A DNA stretch of 63,945 bases, counting the filler, from Octopus bimaculoides (taxonomy: Eukaryota), in NCBI RefSeq assembly GCF_001194135.2. It is 5 parts of 5 records of this genome, joined end to end, with 100 filler letters (N's around TTAATTAATTAA, not from the genome) between each part and the next. Parts side by side here need not be neighbours in the genome. Positions count along the whole stretch, not along the records: positions 49,391 to 59,237 come from NC_068990.1; positions 59,338 to 63,945 come from NC_069001.1; 3 more parts are not named here. One strand, given 5' to 3'. The notes below the pieces were generated by a model that saw only the letters and a list, made by a program, of their open reading frames with translations, did not search any database and was not told the origin of the DNA. Below, one piece after another: positions 49,391 through 61,637 of this stretch (position 1 is the stretch's first letter; each line of letters starts with the position of its first letter). The translations under genes and the position numbers were made by a program.

Positions 49391-49780
49391 ACCTTGGTGG
49401 ACCCCTACCTCTACCCGGAATTCATTACTGTACTCATTTCCAACCCTCACCTTACTGGCAGCATCTCTGTACATGGCTCGCACAGCTCTCACTAACCATT
49501 CTTCTATCCCAAGTTTCCTCATTGACCACCAGATAAGGGATCGGGGGACCCTGTCAAAGGCTTTCTCCATGTCAACGAAAGCCAGGTACAGAGGTTTATC
49601 CTTAGCTAGGTATTTCTCCTGCAACTGTCTCACTAGAAATAAGGCATCAGTAGTGCTTTTACCTGGCACGAACCCAAACTGCATCTCATCTAAATTGATT
49701 CGCTCCCTAATTAGTTGGGCTATGACCCCCTCTGTAACTTTCATAACCTGATCTAACAGCTTGATGCCTCTGTAATTATT
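49391..49780 (-). mobile_element. RTE-clade LINE reverse transcriptase fragment (uninterrupted frame, truncated by a gap)
   Basis: NNYRGIKLLDQVMKV...QFGFVPGKSTTDALF...LAFVDMEKAFDRVPR...GVHQG: RT motifs YRGI.LL, Q.GF, D..KAFD and G..QG. Confidence 0.95.
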
Positions 49781-49904
49781 TGTATTGGACAGAACGAACT
49801 AATTTATAGAACATACGTTTGATCACCAAAAACAAGTAATTTGTGCAGGTCATTTGGCAAGAGCTGAACATACACACCCCATCTTCAATGGGAGAATCCA
49901 TCAT

Positions 49905-49966
49905 CATTGTTGCCATCCTCCTCCTCATCATCATCATTGTCATCATCATCATCATCATCATCATTG

Positions 49967-49997
<31 letters not shown>

Positions 49998-50143
49998 TAT
50001 CATTGTCATCATCATCATTATTATTATTATTACTACCATCATCATCATCATCATCATCATCATTATCATCATCATTATCATCATCATCATCATCATCATC
50101 ATCATTATCATTATCATCATCATCATCATCATCATTATTATTA

Positions 50144-50183
<40 letters not shown>

Positions 50184-50287
50184 CATTATCACCATCGTTA
50201 TTATTATTATTATTATTATCATCATCATCATCATCATCATCATCATTATCATCATCATCATTATTATTATCATTATTATTATTATCA

Positions 50288-50320
<33 letters not shown>

Positions 50321-50520
50321 CCATCATTATTATTATTGTTATTATTATTATCATTATCATTATCACCATCATTATTATTATTGTTATTATTATTATTATT
50401 ATAATTATTATTATTATTATTATTGTTATTATTATTATTATTATAATTATTATTATTGTTGTTATTATTATTATTGTTGTTATTATTATTATTATTATCA
50501 TCATTATTATTATTGTTATT

Positions 50521-50551
<31 letters not shown>

Positions 50552-50553
50552 TT
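49905..50553. repeat. ~650-bp compound (CAT)n/(TAT)n trinucleotide array
   Basis: Direct reading; 3-nt register maintained throughout. Confidence 0.97.
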
Positions 50554-51268
50554 ACTTCCAACATTTTCCTACAGAAATCTATTTCTCAGATTCTTTATAT
50601 GTTTCTATATTTGCTTGCATATCATATGATCTACTTTTTATTTTCTTTTTATACATTTCTTTTAGTTTTGGTTTGCTTCCTCTTATGTTTCCTTTCTTCT
50701 TTTTCTTTCTTTTCTCTTTCCAACTAACCCTGACTGCTACATTCACATTGCAATATCTCAAACTGTCTGCTGGAATCACTGTTTATTTTATCAGGACTTC
50801 TGCCTCTGTACCAGTGAAACGTTGCAAGAGGAATTGTGTAATATAATGGGATGGAGGGGTGGCAATGGTGGCATTGTTGTTGTTGGTGGTGGTGGTAGTG
50901 GTAGTGGTGGGAAGTGAAAGACAATGCTTCAATGGTAATTGGCAACAAATTGGAAAGTATCGGGGGGTTCAGGGGTGAAGGTGGGGGAGAAAAATGCATA
51001 AAAACGTGCAGTAATAGCTTTTTTCCATTTGTAGCATTATTATAATTGTTGTTGGTGTTCTTTGTCACTATTATTATTATTATTATTATCATCATCATCA
51101 TCATCATCATCATCATTAATATTTATTATTATTATTATTATTATTGAGATTTTTATTATTTTTGTATTGTCATTAATATCATTATCATTTTTATTTTTTG
51201 CTTCCCATTTTTCACCTGTTCTTTTTTCTTTTTTCTTTGTTGCTTCTTTTTTGTTGTTGTCGGCGTTT

Positions 51269-51302
<34 letters not shown>

Positions 51303-51491
51303 ATGTCATTGTTGTCATCATCATCGTCGTCGTTGCCATTGTCATAATTATCATCATCAGTGTCAGCATCATCGTCTGCATCATCGTCGCCGTCATCATC
51401 ATCATCATCATCATCATCTTCATCATCATTTGCTCTGTGGCATATCTTGCAAGCTGGTAGATAGATAATAATTTTTGTTTATATGTTTACA

Positions 51492-51530
<39 letters not shown>

Positions 51531-52483
51531 AAAGACATCATCAACACTAATAGAAAAAAGAAAACATGAACAGAAAAAAGAAACAGAAAAACAACAAAGA
51601 AGATGAAAGAAACCCCACAATTATCTGCTGTTGCTCTAGTTTATTTATCTATCTTTTATATTCTCTTATTTTTTTACTTTTTTTTCAATCATTTTGTGTG
51701 TGGCTATGCTGGAGCACCATCATCATCATCACATTGTTTAACATCCTTCTTCCATGCTGGCACTGGTTAGATGGTTTGACAGGGGCTGGTCAAGCAGAAG
51801 CCTGTACCATGCTTCTGTGTCTGTTTTTTTTTTAGGGCTGGATGCCCATTCTAACATCAACCAATCCACAGAAGAATTGTTTTAGTTTTTCAAATCAAAC
51901 TTACATAGGCGCAGGAGTGGTTGTGTGGTAAGTAGCTTGCTTACCAACCACATGGTTCCGGGTTTAGTCCCACTATGTGGTACCTTGGGCAAGTGTCTTC
52001 TACTATGGCCTCGGGCTATCATGTCTTGAGAACCCAGTGAAGAGTTTCACCAAAACAGACACAAACACAAAAATCCACCCAAACATAGGCTTAAATGTTC
52101 AGGCACCTGCCCATACCCCTAGAAATACCAACCCTTAACCCATGCACATATTTTCAGAAAACCCTTGTATGTAAGAGACTTTGGGGTCAAGGGACATAAC
52201 TCTTTATGAATCCCTTGCTCAGTTTGCCGTGTATGACATTGTTTCGTCTTTATTCACAGTACTCACAAGCTAGATGTGACTTGTCTTACCTCCAGCAACA
52301 AAGAACTATAACCATCATTTTTAAACACACCAGCCATCCCTGAAGAGCACACAGTATTATCTAACCACACTGTTATCTAACATCCAGCTTTAGTACCCAG
52401 TGCAAAACTCATTGATAAGATTGGTTGTAATGGATCTATAATACTGTTTACTTTAATCATATGTGTATGTGTGTGTGTGTGCA

Positions 52484-52526
<43 letters not shown>

Positions 52527-52690
52527 TAGACTACCCATGACTTATGATCCATTGGGTCACCGGATATGTCTGAGTTTCCCAGCAACAGAGTCTTGTTTTG
52601 TGGGCTTTTTCCTTTTCCATGTTATTTAGCATGCTTTCAATGAATGTGACATCAAAGTCATGCGTAAACGGCTCTTTTCCCCAGAAAAGG

Positions 52691-52809
52691 AAAGATTTGG
52701 CAGCTATTTCTTGCACGTCCTGCTACCACATAACAGGTTTTTCGGGTCCTTTATTGCAACTAGCTATTATGTGTTATCAGGGTGTGCAAGAATTAGCAGC
52801 CAAATCTTT
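52691..52809. repeat. inverted repeat, 26-bp arms (24/26 match), 67-nt spacer
   Basis: AAAGATTTGGCAGCTATTTCTTGCAC (52691-52716) versus GTGCAAGAATTAGCAGCCAAATCTTT (52784-52809). Confidence 0.85.
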
Positions 52810-53466
52810 GGAGGTGAGATACGTTGAATGTACTTGAAAGAAACCTATGGGTAAAACTATTTCGCACCGATGTTACGAATGGGTCTTTAACAAAATATTT
52901 ACCGTATTTTTAAAGTCATTTTCACTTTAAAATATTTTGCCCATCATAATGTGTCTAATGTATAAGGGAGGTATGTGAATGTTTGTATCCGTGATTATTA
53001 TCTATCTTGTTTTGTACCTTATTTATATATAAAATACTACAGTTAGCCATCATTTTCGACACCATAGGGTCACCTAGTAATATATAATTGGGGGAAATTC
53101 CTGTATAAATTTGAAACATGAGATAAAATGCTTTTAAAAGAAACAATTAAATTATTAGGTAAATTACTAAATTACAAACTCAAATGTTCATAGAATAGTC
53201 TTTTCCTTTTAAGCCTTTTTATTTTGATTCTAGTAGCTATCTGATTCAGAAGAGGGGAAATAATAAAAAGCACATGATTTTGAAGATAGACTTTCTGATT
53301 TGAAAAGAGAAAAGAACTTATCAGATATCCTTAAATAATTAAAAGTTAATATTACACTGATAAAATCAATTATAATTGAAATAAATATATGTAATTGGAA
53401 TTTTATTATTTTCTTTTATTACTGTGAAATAGATACAAAATAGATTAAGTATAGTTCTACTATTAG

Positions 53467-53526
<60 letters not shown>

Positions 53527-55296
53527 GTTACTGCTGCTGCTGCTGTTATTATTGCAATTACACAACTATATGTGTATGAAATGAGTTCCTCCTCCACCAC
53601 TTACAAAAGTAAAACAGATGGACCAATCAAATGATGCTTGTAAATTACTAACTCATCAAATAATGGCAGTTGCATATTGAGATAACAACGATAAATGAAT
53701 CTAATTAAATATTTTCGTCTTTTTATTTCGTTACATCACAAGTATATGTGCAGCTTACTTGCTAGAAATCTATTCATCTATCTTCCTATTAAGATAATCA
53801 GTGTCTTAATTGAATACAGAGGCCACAGCATTGCTAATTAGTAAGAGAGAAGAGATTTTCATGTATAGTAATAATAATAAAAAAGGAGTGTTGAGGATTT
53901 ACTCTGTTGTTTTTCTCTCTCTTCCCTTCTCACGAGTCTCCTTTCTGTTTGCTACTATTACGGTTTTCTTTCATTTTCCTAATTTGTCTATCCTTTTCTC
54001 TATCTGAGTATCCATCTATTTCTGTCTCTCCCAGTCTATCTAACAACCTGCTAATCTACACACATACTCACAGATAAACAGATTGATAGAAAGGTGAGAT
54101 AAATAAATTGTTAAACTGGTAACAAGTTATCTCTCTTCATATATATATATATATATATATANNNNNNNNNNNNNNNNNNNNNNNNNNNNNNNNNNNNNNN
54201 NNNNNNNNNNNNNNNNNNNNNNNNNNNNNNNNNNNNNNNNNNNNNNNNNNNNNNNNNNNNNNNNNNNNNNNNNNNNNNNNNNNNNNNNNNNNNNNNNNNN
54301 NNNNNNNNNNNNNNNNNNNNNNNNNNNNNNNNNNNNNNNNNNNNNNNNNNNNNNNNNNNNNNNNNNNNNNNNNNNNNNNNNNNNNNNNNNNNNNNNNNNN
54401 NNNNNNNNNNNNNNNNNNNNNNNNNNNNNNNNNNNNNNNNNNNNNNNNNNNNNNNNNNNNNNNNNNNNNNNNNNNNNNNNNNNNNNNNNNNNNNNNNNNN
54501 NNNNNNNNNNNNNNNNNNNNNNNNNNNNNNNNNNNNNNNNNNNNNNNNNNNNNNNNNNNNNNNNNNNNNNNNNNNNNNNNNNNNNNNNNNNNNNNNNNNN
54601 NNNNNNNNNNNNNNNNNNNNNNNNNNNNNNNNNNNNNNNNNNNNNNNNNNNNNNNNNNNNNNNNNNNNNNNNNNNNNNNNNNNNNNNNNNNNNNNNNNNN
54701 NNNNNNNNNNNNNNNNNNNNNNNNNNNNNNNNNNNNNNNNNNNNNNNNNNNNNNNNNNNNNNNNNNNNNNNNNNNNNNNNNNNNNNNNNNNNNNNNNNNN
54801 NNNNNNNNNNNNNNNNNNNNNNNNNNNNNNNNNNNNNNNNNNNNNNNNNNNNNNNNNNNNNNNNNNNNNNNNNNNNNNNNNNNNNNNNNNNNNNNNNNNN
54901 NNNNNNNNNNNNNNNNNNNNNNNNNNNNNNNNNNNNNNNNNNNNNNNNNNNNNNNNNNNNNNNNNNNNNNNNNNNNNNNNNNNNNNNNNNNNNNNNNNNN
55001 NNNNNNNNNNNNNNNNNNNNNNNNNNNNNNNNNNNNNNNNNNNNNNNNNNNNNNNNNNNNNNNNNNNNNNNNNNNNNNNNNNNNNNNNNNNNNNNNNNNN
55101 NNNNNNNNNNNNNTTATATAATTATTTCTTGTAGAAAATCTCAGTAGTACAGAATACAACATAGCCAGTTTTGCAATTGCCATGCTTTTGGTAATTTCAA
55201 AAGATTCTTATGTAGTTTCAATCAATAGACATATATATCCTCTTAACCCTTTCCATCTTTATCCTGTGGGCCCTCTGGGATGTAACAGTTGGAGTG

Positions 55297-55338
<42 letters not shown>

Positions 55339-56351
55339 GCACTAATTCATTTACAGCTGAGTAGACTGTATGAATATGAAATAAAGTGCCTTGCTCAAGA
55401 ACACAATATGCTGCTCTGACCACTTGGCTTGTATGTCTTCACCAAGAAAAACATACCATCATTATTGTTGCTGTCATCATCATCATCGTCATTGTGATCA
55501 TCAACATCATCATCATCATCATCATCATGTAATATCTTTTTCCCCTGCTGGCATGGATTGGATGGTTTGACAGGTGCTGGCAACTCAGAAGACTGTGCTA
55601 AGATCTACTGTCTGCTTTGGCAGGGTTTCTATTGCTGGATGCCCTTCCTAGTGTCAACCACTTTACAGAATGTACTTTTTACATGGCTAAAGAATTTACT
55701 GTTATTAATGTATCATCATTTACAAAATAGCAATATATCCTTTCTACTGTATGTACAAGTCCAAACATTGTTTTTTAGAGGTGGTGGGGTTCTAGTTAAT
55801 TACATCGACCCCAGTACTCAATTGGTACTTATTTTATCGACCTCAAAAAGATGAATGGCACAGTTGACCCTCAGCAGAATCTGAACTCAGAGCATAAAGA
55901 TGCAGAGAATGTCTGGCATGCTAACAATTCTGCCAGTTCCATGACCTGGCAAAATAATATGTTGTAAAGTTTTTCACAATGAAGTCAAGTTGACTCCTGT
56001 TCAGAGTTGTTGTCACTGAATCCCCTGATAGATAATACATGTATAAACATAAAATATAAGTCTGTGATGTGAGGAATCTCAATAAATTTAATGACAAAAA
56101 AGCCAGTACAATCATGCTTCAGTTTGACTTCAATGGATGGAAGAAACATTTTTTATGAAATGCCAGGCTCCTTAATTAAAGTCATTGTTGTATAAATACA
56201 TTAATTTAATTACCGTTTCTCGTAAGACTTTGCTTATTGTATTTCTGAAAAAATTCTATACATAATGCATATATACTTTTAATTATTTGGAGCCATTGCA
56301 GGAATCTTTGTATAGCTGTTCTGCTGGCTAGAAATAGCTGCCAAAGCTCTC

Positions 56352-56857
56352 TTAACCCTTTAGCATTTAAACTGGCCATATCTGGCCTAAATATTCTACC
56401 TGTTTTATGATGGAACTGGCCAGATCCAGCCTCTCAGACCTATCCTACAATGTCATTGTAAAAATAAACAATCACATCATTGAAAATTTGAAGCTACAAG
56501 GTAATAAATGATGACCTGTAAAAAAAAACATCCCTTCCACACTGTAAAGTGGTTGGCATTTGCAAGGGCATCTAGCTGTAAAAACTATGCCAAAACTGAC
56601 CTCGTCTGTGCTGATGCCATATAAAAAGAATTCAGCTCGCTCTCCTGAGTAGCTGGTGTTAGGAAGGGCATCCAGCCATATAAACTCTGCCAAAAACAGG
56701 CACAGAAGTCTGGTGCAGTTTTCTGCCTGGCCAGCTCCTGTCAAACCATCCCACCCATGCCAGCGACGATGATGATGATAGATGATGATAATGAATAAAT
56801 GATGATGATGAATAAATAAGCATTATGTATGAGTAGTCTGAATGCTAAAGGGTTTAA
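56352..56857. mobile_element. piggyBac-like (TTAA) MITE with a family-A SINE nested inside
   Basis: TTAACCCTTTAGCATT ... AATGCTAAAGGGTTTAA; the same right end (TGCTAAAGGGTTAA) occurs at about 39243-39256; family A core at 56510-56790. Confidence 0.7.
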
Positions 56858-58950
56858 TCACACCCTAGCATCTTTGGGAAAAGCAAGGATACAATGGACA
56901 ATGTAGTCCAAGATACACTGTCTGCCAAAAAAAAAAAAAGACAGCAAAAATGGTTTCAGATGTTATGCTTTTGTGCTGATTGTAGGTTTACTGGTTTAGG
57001 AGAGACATAGGCTAAGCAACAAGCTTAATTTAGACTTCCATCCCAATAGGTATAATGCTTTAAATTAATATGTTAATAAAATATATACTATCAATCCATT
57101 TAATTTCTCCTCATATTTGATTCTCTTTGATTCCATGTCTGTCAGACATCAATATTTGTTTGCAGAAAACCAAATTCTGAAAAACATGTGTCGCCTAGTG
57201 GACAGTTAATACAAGGGAGATAATCATTTCTTTATAATATTTGGCTGGATTAGATGTTTGACTTTGAATTTGAAATTGAGAGATATCCAAAAAGATGTAT
57301 GGAATTCATATATCTTTTGTCATTTACCTGCTTCGGTGTTTAGATAGTGACCATGCTGGAGCACCAGTGGGTATTTTTAAGCCTGGTACTTACTCTATTG
57401 GTTTCTTTTGTTGGACCAATAAATTAAGGAACATAAACAAAGCAAAACTCATTTTCATGCAGAGGTTGGGGACAATTATTAACAGAAAGACACACATTCA
57501 CACACACACACACATACAAACAGGGGCTTCTTTCAGTTTCCATCTACCAAATTCACTTACCAGGCTTTAGTAGAAGACACTTGCCCAAGGTGTCACATAG
57601 TGTAACTAAACCTAGGAGCAGATGGTTGGAAAGTGAGCTTCTTAACCATGTAACTATACCTATATACTTTTTCTTGAAATTTCTAGTTAGTGGTAATCAT
57701 ATATAGCAGTATTTCATTCTTTTTAGAAATCATCTGCATGATGTAATCATAAGTATATTAAACATTTTCTGAAGCAAATCATTTTATATTGATGGAAAAT
57801 ATTTAGTCAGGAAGAAATTGAAGAAATGGGTTTTTCTTGTTTTTTTCTGTCCTTCTTTTACTTCTAGAGCATTATTAGTTTAGTAATCAAGAGAAAAGAG
57901 GAAGTTTTTAGTATCTACATACAGGCTAATTATTTCTAAGGCGTTCTACCTTGTAAATGTGTCACATAGTAGCTAATATTTTTGTTTTAACTACAACCAA
58001 AATTATGTAAACTTTTTATATTGAATTCTTTCTCAGGTAATAAATATGTTTTGGAAGAGCATTAGACAAAATGCATTATGGTATTTTGCTGCAGTCTTTA
58101 ATGTTCTGAGTTTAAATTTGATTGATGCCCACTTTGCTTTTAAACTTTCTAACCTTGATAAATATTTACAACTTGATGATATCGAACCCTAGATGACTAG
58201 GGTCAGTTTAAAAAATATTAAGAATTATCCTTTCACTAGGATTGAACTCAGAAAATTTTGTTTTGATTACAAAGTTTTAGTGTTATTATCCATTATTCAT
58301 TTATTGCCTGGTATATGGATGGATAGATGGATGGATGGATGGATCATGGATCATAATATGGGTTGTTAGGATGAAATCATGGATGCATGCAGCTAATAGC
58401 TGTCATATAGTTGACATTCAAAGGAATGGCCAGCCATATTTCGCATATGGTTAGGAATATGTGATATTATGTCAAATCTTTAAAGATCTTTAGTTTTATT
58501 AGGACAAACTTGCTCAAATTTTCTGAACTTGATCATCCCAATCCTCTCAATTCTGCTTCCTATCATGACTCTATATAACTTTCAGAAGCTTAGCAAATGA
58601 ACATTCTGTGTACATAGAGAGCTGGTCAACGTTTTCTTCTGTATAGTTGAAGTGTGTCAAGTTGTCCCCTCGAGTGAATCACTGAAGAGGCTTTTCTTAG
58701 ATCTCCAGCAATATCCTGCAAAATGCATGCACCTCTCTCTCTCTCTCTCTATGATGATAGTGATTGTAAGAAGACTATTATTGTGCAGTCTTTGCATGGA
58801 TGCTTTGGTTTATTCCATTCTATTACTTGTTTATTCTTCTACAGTTGGCAGTCATAGTACTGTGGCCATACTGGTGCACCACATCCAAGGATGTGTGTGT
58901 GTGTATGTGTGTGTGTGTGCATGTGCGTGTGTGTATTTCTATGTATATAT

Positions 58951-59237
58951 GAAGACAATTGGAGATTTCTGCGGGACAACCTGTTGAAAGCCACCGACCA
59001 GATTTGTGGGTGGTGTAAGGTCCCCTCCCAACCCAGAGTAACGTGGTGGTGGAACAAGGAGGTAGACAGGGCTATTAGACAAAAGAAACAGGCTTGGAAG
59101 GACTGGAAGAACGGTGGTAGCAGGGAATTGTACCAATGTGCCAGAAGGGAGGCTAGGCGACAGGTTTATTTAGCCAGAGGGGAAGCAGATAAGGAAAGAT
59201 TTGCCAATGTTCTGCGCCGTGAGGACCAAAGACTCGA
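58951..59237 (+). mobile_element. RTE LINE ORF fragment (endonuclease-RT linker)
   Basis: EDNWRFLRDNLLKATDQICGWCKV...VTWWWNKEVDRAIRQKKQAWKDWK...Y..ARREARRQVY.AR; the TWWWN.EV..AI..K pattern is typical of RTE. Confidence 0.88.
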
Positions 59238-60298
59238 NNNNNNNNNNNNNNNNNNNNNNNNNNNNNNNNNNNNNNNNNNNNTTAATTAATTAANNNNNNN
59301 NNNNNNNNNNNNNNNNNNNNNNNNNNNNNNNNNNNNNTATATATATATATATATGTATGCATATATTTATATACGCATATCTACACACGCAGTACACACT
59401 CACTCAAAAGTATATACGTGTCTGTCGGACATTTCCAGAGACCAGGATTGGTGACTTGATAGTTTAATTATCAATAATTACGTTCAATTTAGACTAATTC
59501 AATAACAAGTGGCATTAATTACGACAGGATAATTACTGGAAGCAGTTTCTCTTTGTTGTTCATATCGTGTTTTATTAGTTCACTCCATACTAACGAGAAC
59601 GATTCAAAGTGATTACTTGAATTGCTAAAATTAGGAGCTAAATCTCGACCAAATAACACGATATTGGGTTGAAAAAACAATGACACACTGTATAATACAC
59701 TCTTAGATATATAATGCCTGAAAAAATATCAGAACTGGAAAGTCTTTGGTAATATGTCTGGTGGACCAGAGAGCTATTTCGAGACAATTACTTATACTTC
59801 ATACATTTTTGCTGATATATATTGGTCTAGTAATATTATGCATGCTTGTATGCGTTTGTGTAAGCGTGCAAGTGTGTGTTTATGTGCGGGTGTGTGCGTG
59901 TATAGGTGTGTGTGTATTTGTGTGTGTGTATGTTAGTGAGTGTGGTTAATAATTTTTAGTTTAAATATTTAGGTTTCGCTTGAAGCAAGCTTGTTTTTTA
60001 AAATATAATTCAGACAAGTACGTCACACATTTGAATCAATCACTTAAAGTACATATTCCCATTGATATATATATATGTATTTTTTTCTTTCTGTAGAAAG
60101 AAAGAAACGATGAAATATAAAAAAGAAAAATTATGTATCAAACAAGCGATGCTACACGCAACGGATTTCTATCTGGCAGCATCACGAAACGCGCAAGAAA
60201 ATTAACACCGCAACATCCAATGAAATGAAAACGGAAGTGAAGGAAATAACAACTTTGTAAGAGATGCACCACACCATTTCTCAGTTCATTATACAACC

Positions 60299-60620
60299 CC
60301 ACCGTACGTTAACCTTAAGAACCATAAATCTAATTTCCTTTATAAGACTAAATGCAGGCTGATTAACCCTAGAATTAATGTAGTAGATATATTCATTCTC
60401 AATGCTGTCTAATCTGAGGACAAAAGAGCCATTGGGTTAGTCCATTGTAACTGCAGCGCTGCTAATATTGATGGATTTTACGGCACAAAGAATAAAGCCT
60501 GCAAATGTTTCCAACTCGATATCGTAGACTTTCACCATCCCATGTCGAAATATCTTCTTCTGAAAGCCCTACACTTCGAGATGCTACAACCCATGGTTAC
60601 CGATTTGGCCATTAGAATAA
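60299..60620 (+). mobile_element. decayed Penelope-like element reverse transcriptase fragment
   Basis: PPYVNLKNHKSNFLYKTKCRLINP and KCFQLDIVDFHHPMSKYLLLKALHF match the recalled PLE motifs ITLKDHK.NF....CRLINP and F.Q.DI..FYPSI...LL..AL.F; stops and frameshifts between them. Confidence 0.7.
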
Positions 60621-61591
60621 TTATGAATTCTAAATTTCAATATTCAACTAACATAAATTTATATATTTTTCTTGACACAGAGTGTTGCCTAAACTACATT
60701 AGTCAAATATATTTATTTATTTGTTTATGTCAATACCATCTTATTGTAGATGCTTTGACTAATTTCTCTATTTATTATATCTCATTCTGTTTTTATTAAA
60801 GTATCTATAAGTTATGATTGATGGCACTGCGATCATTGGCTGTCTCTAGATATGAAATATTTTCATTTTCCTTTCCTTTTTATTCCTCTCTTTTCCCCTC
60901 TCTTTCGTCTAAATCTTTGCAGAGACCTTCATTATCCTCTGCGGCTTTTCTTAACTTATTTCCCCTGAATTATAAATAGCCGGATCTCCTTTAAGTAGCT
61001 GGATCTCACACACATACACACATATTGTGCTTAATATATTTTATAACAATGTTACATTAAATTGAATGATTATTCATTACATTTGGTTATACTTGCGCCT
61101 ATAAAATGAAGAACACACTTAAGCGATTTTCAGCGCCTATTGCGCTCTTATCAGAGCTGTCTACATCAGTTGACTAACCTTGAGTACTTTTATCATGTTA
61201 CAGAGATTAGGAATCCAATCTTTATTAATATATCTGTGATATCATTCGCCATCAAATTTCAAAATTTGTGTAGTTTACCTTTAGGTGCCATACATAAATC
61301 GACAAAGCTGTGGTGTTCATTTTGCATATCAAATTCATGATAGATTCTTGATTCACGTAACAACTCATAATGGATTCTTCACGCATTTGCTATGTTTCAA
61401 ATCACTAAAACGGTTAACGATCATCTCAGCATTGCATTGACTACATAAGAAACCCAGTTCTGCAATTTTACAGCCAAACTAATTGGTTATCTTGATAAAT
61501 GTGGTTCCTGTCATTTGTTGTTAAAAGATTATTGGGTTCGGTTCAGATATAGTTTGATTTATATCATCACTATGTGAGTGGCTGAAATAAT

Positions 61592-61637
<46 letters not shown>

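Noticed and set aside
49776-50846. Poly-Ile/Met, poly-His/Tyr and poly-Ser/Leu ORFs of 165-330 aa
   Set aside because: Direct translations of the CAT/TAT array; no splice or homology support.
50905-50911. CSL/Su(H) site GTGGGAA suggesting Notch autoregulation
   Set aside because: A single 7-mer inside a (GGT)n-rich stretch; expected by chance, and no paired site was seen.
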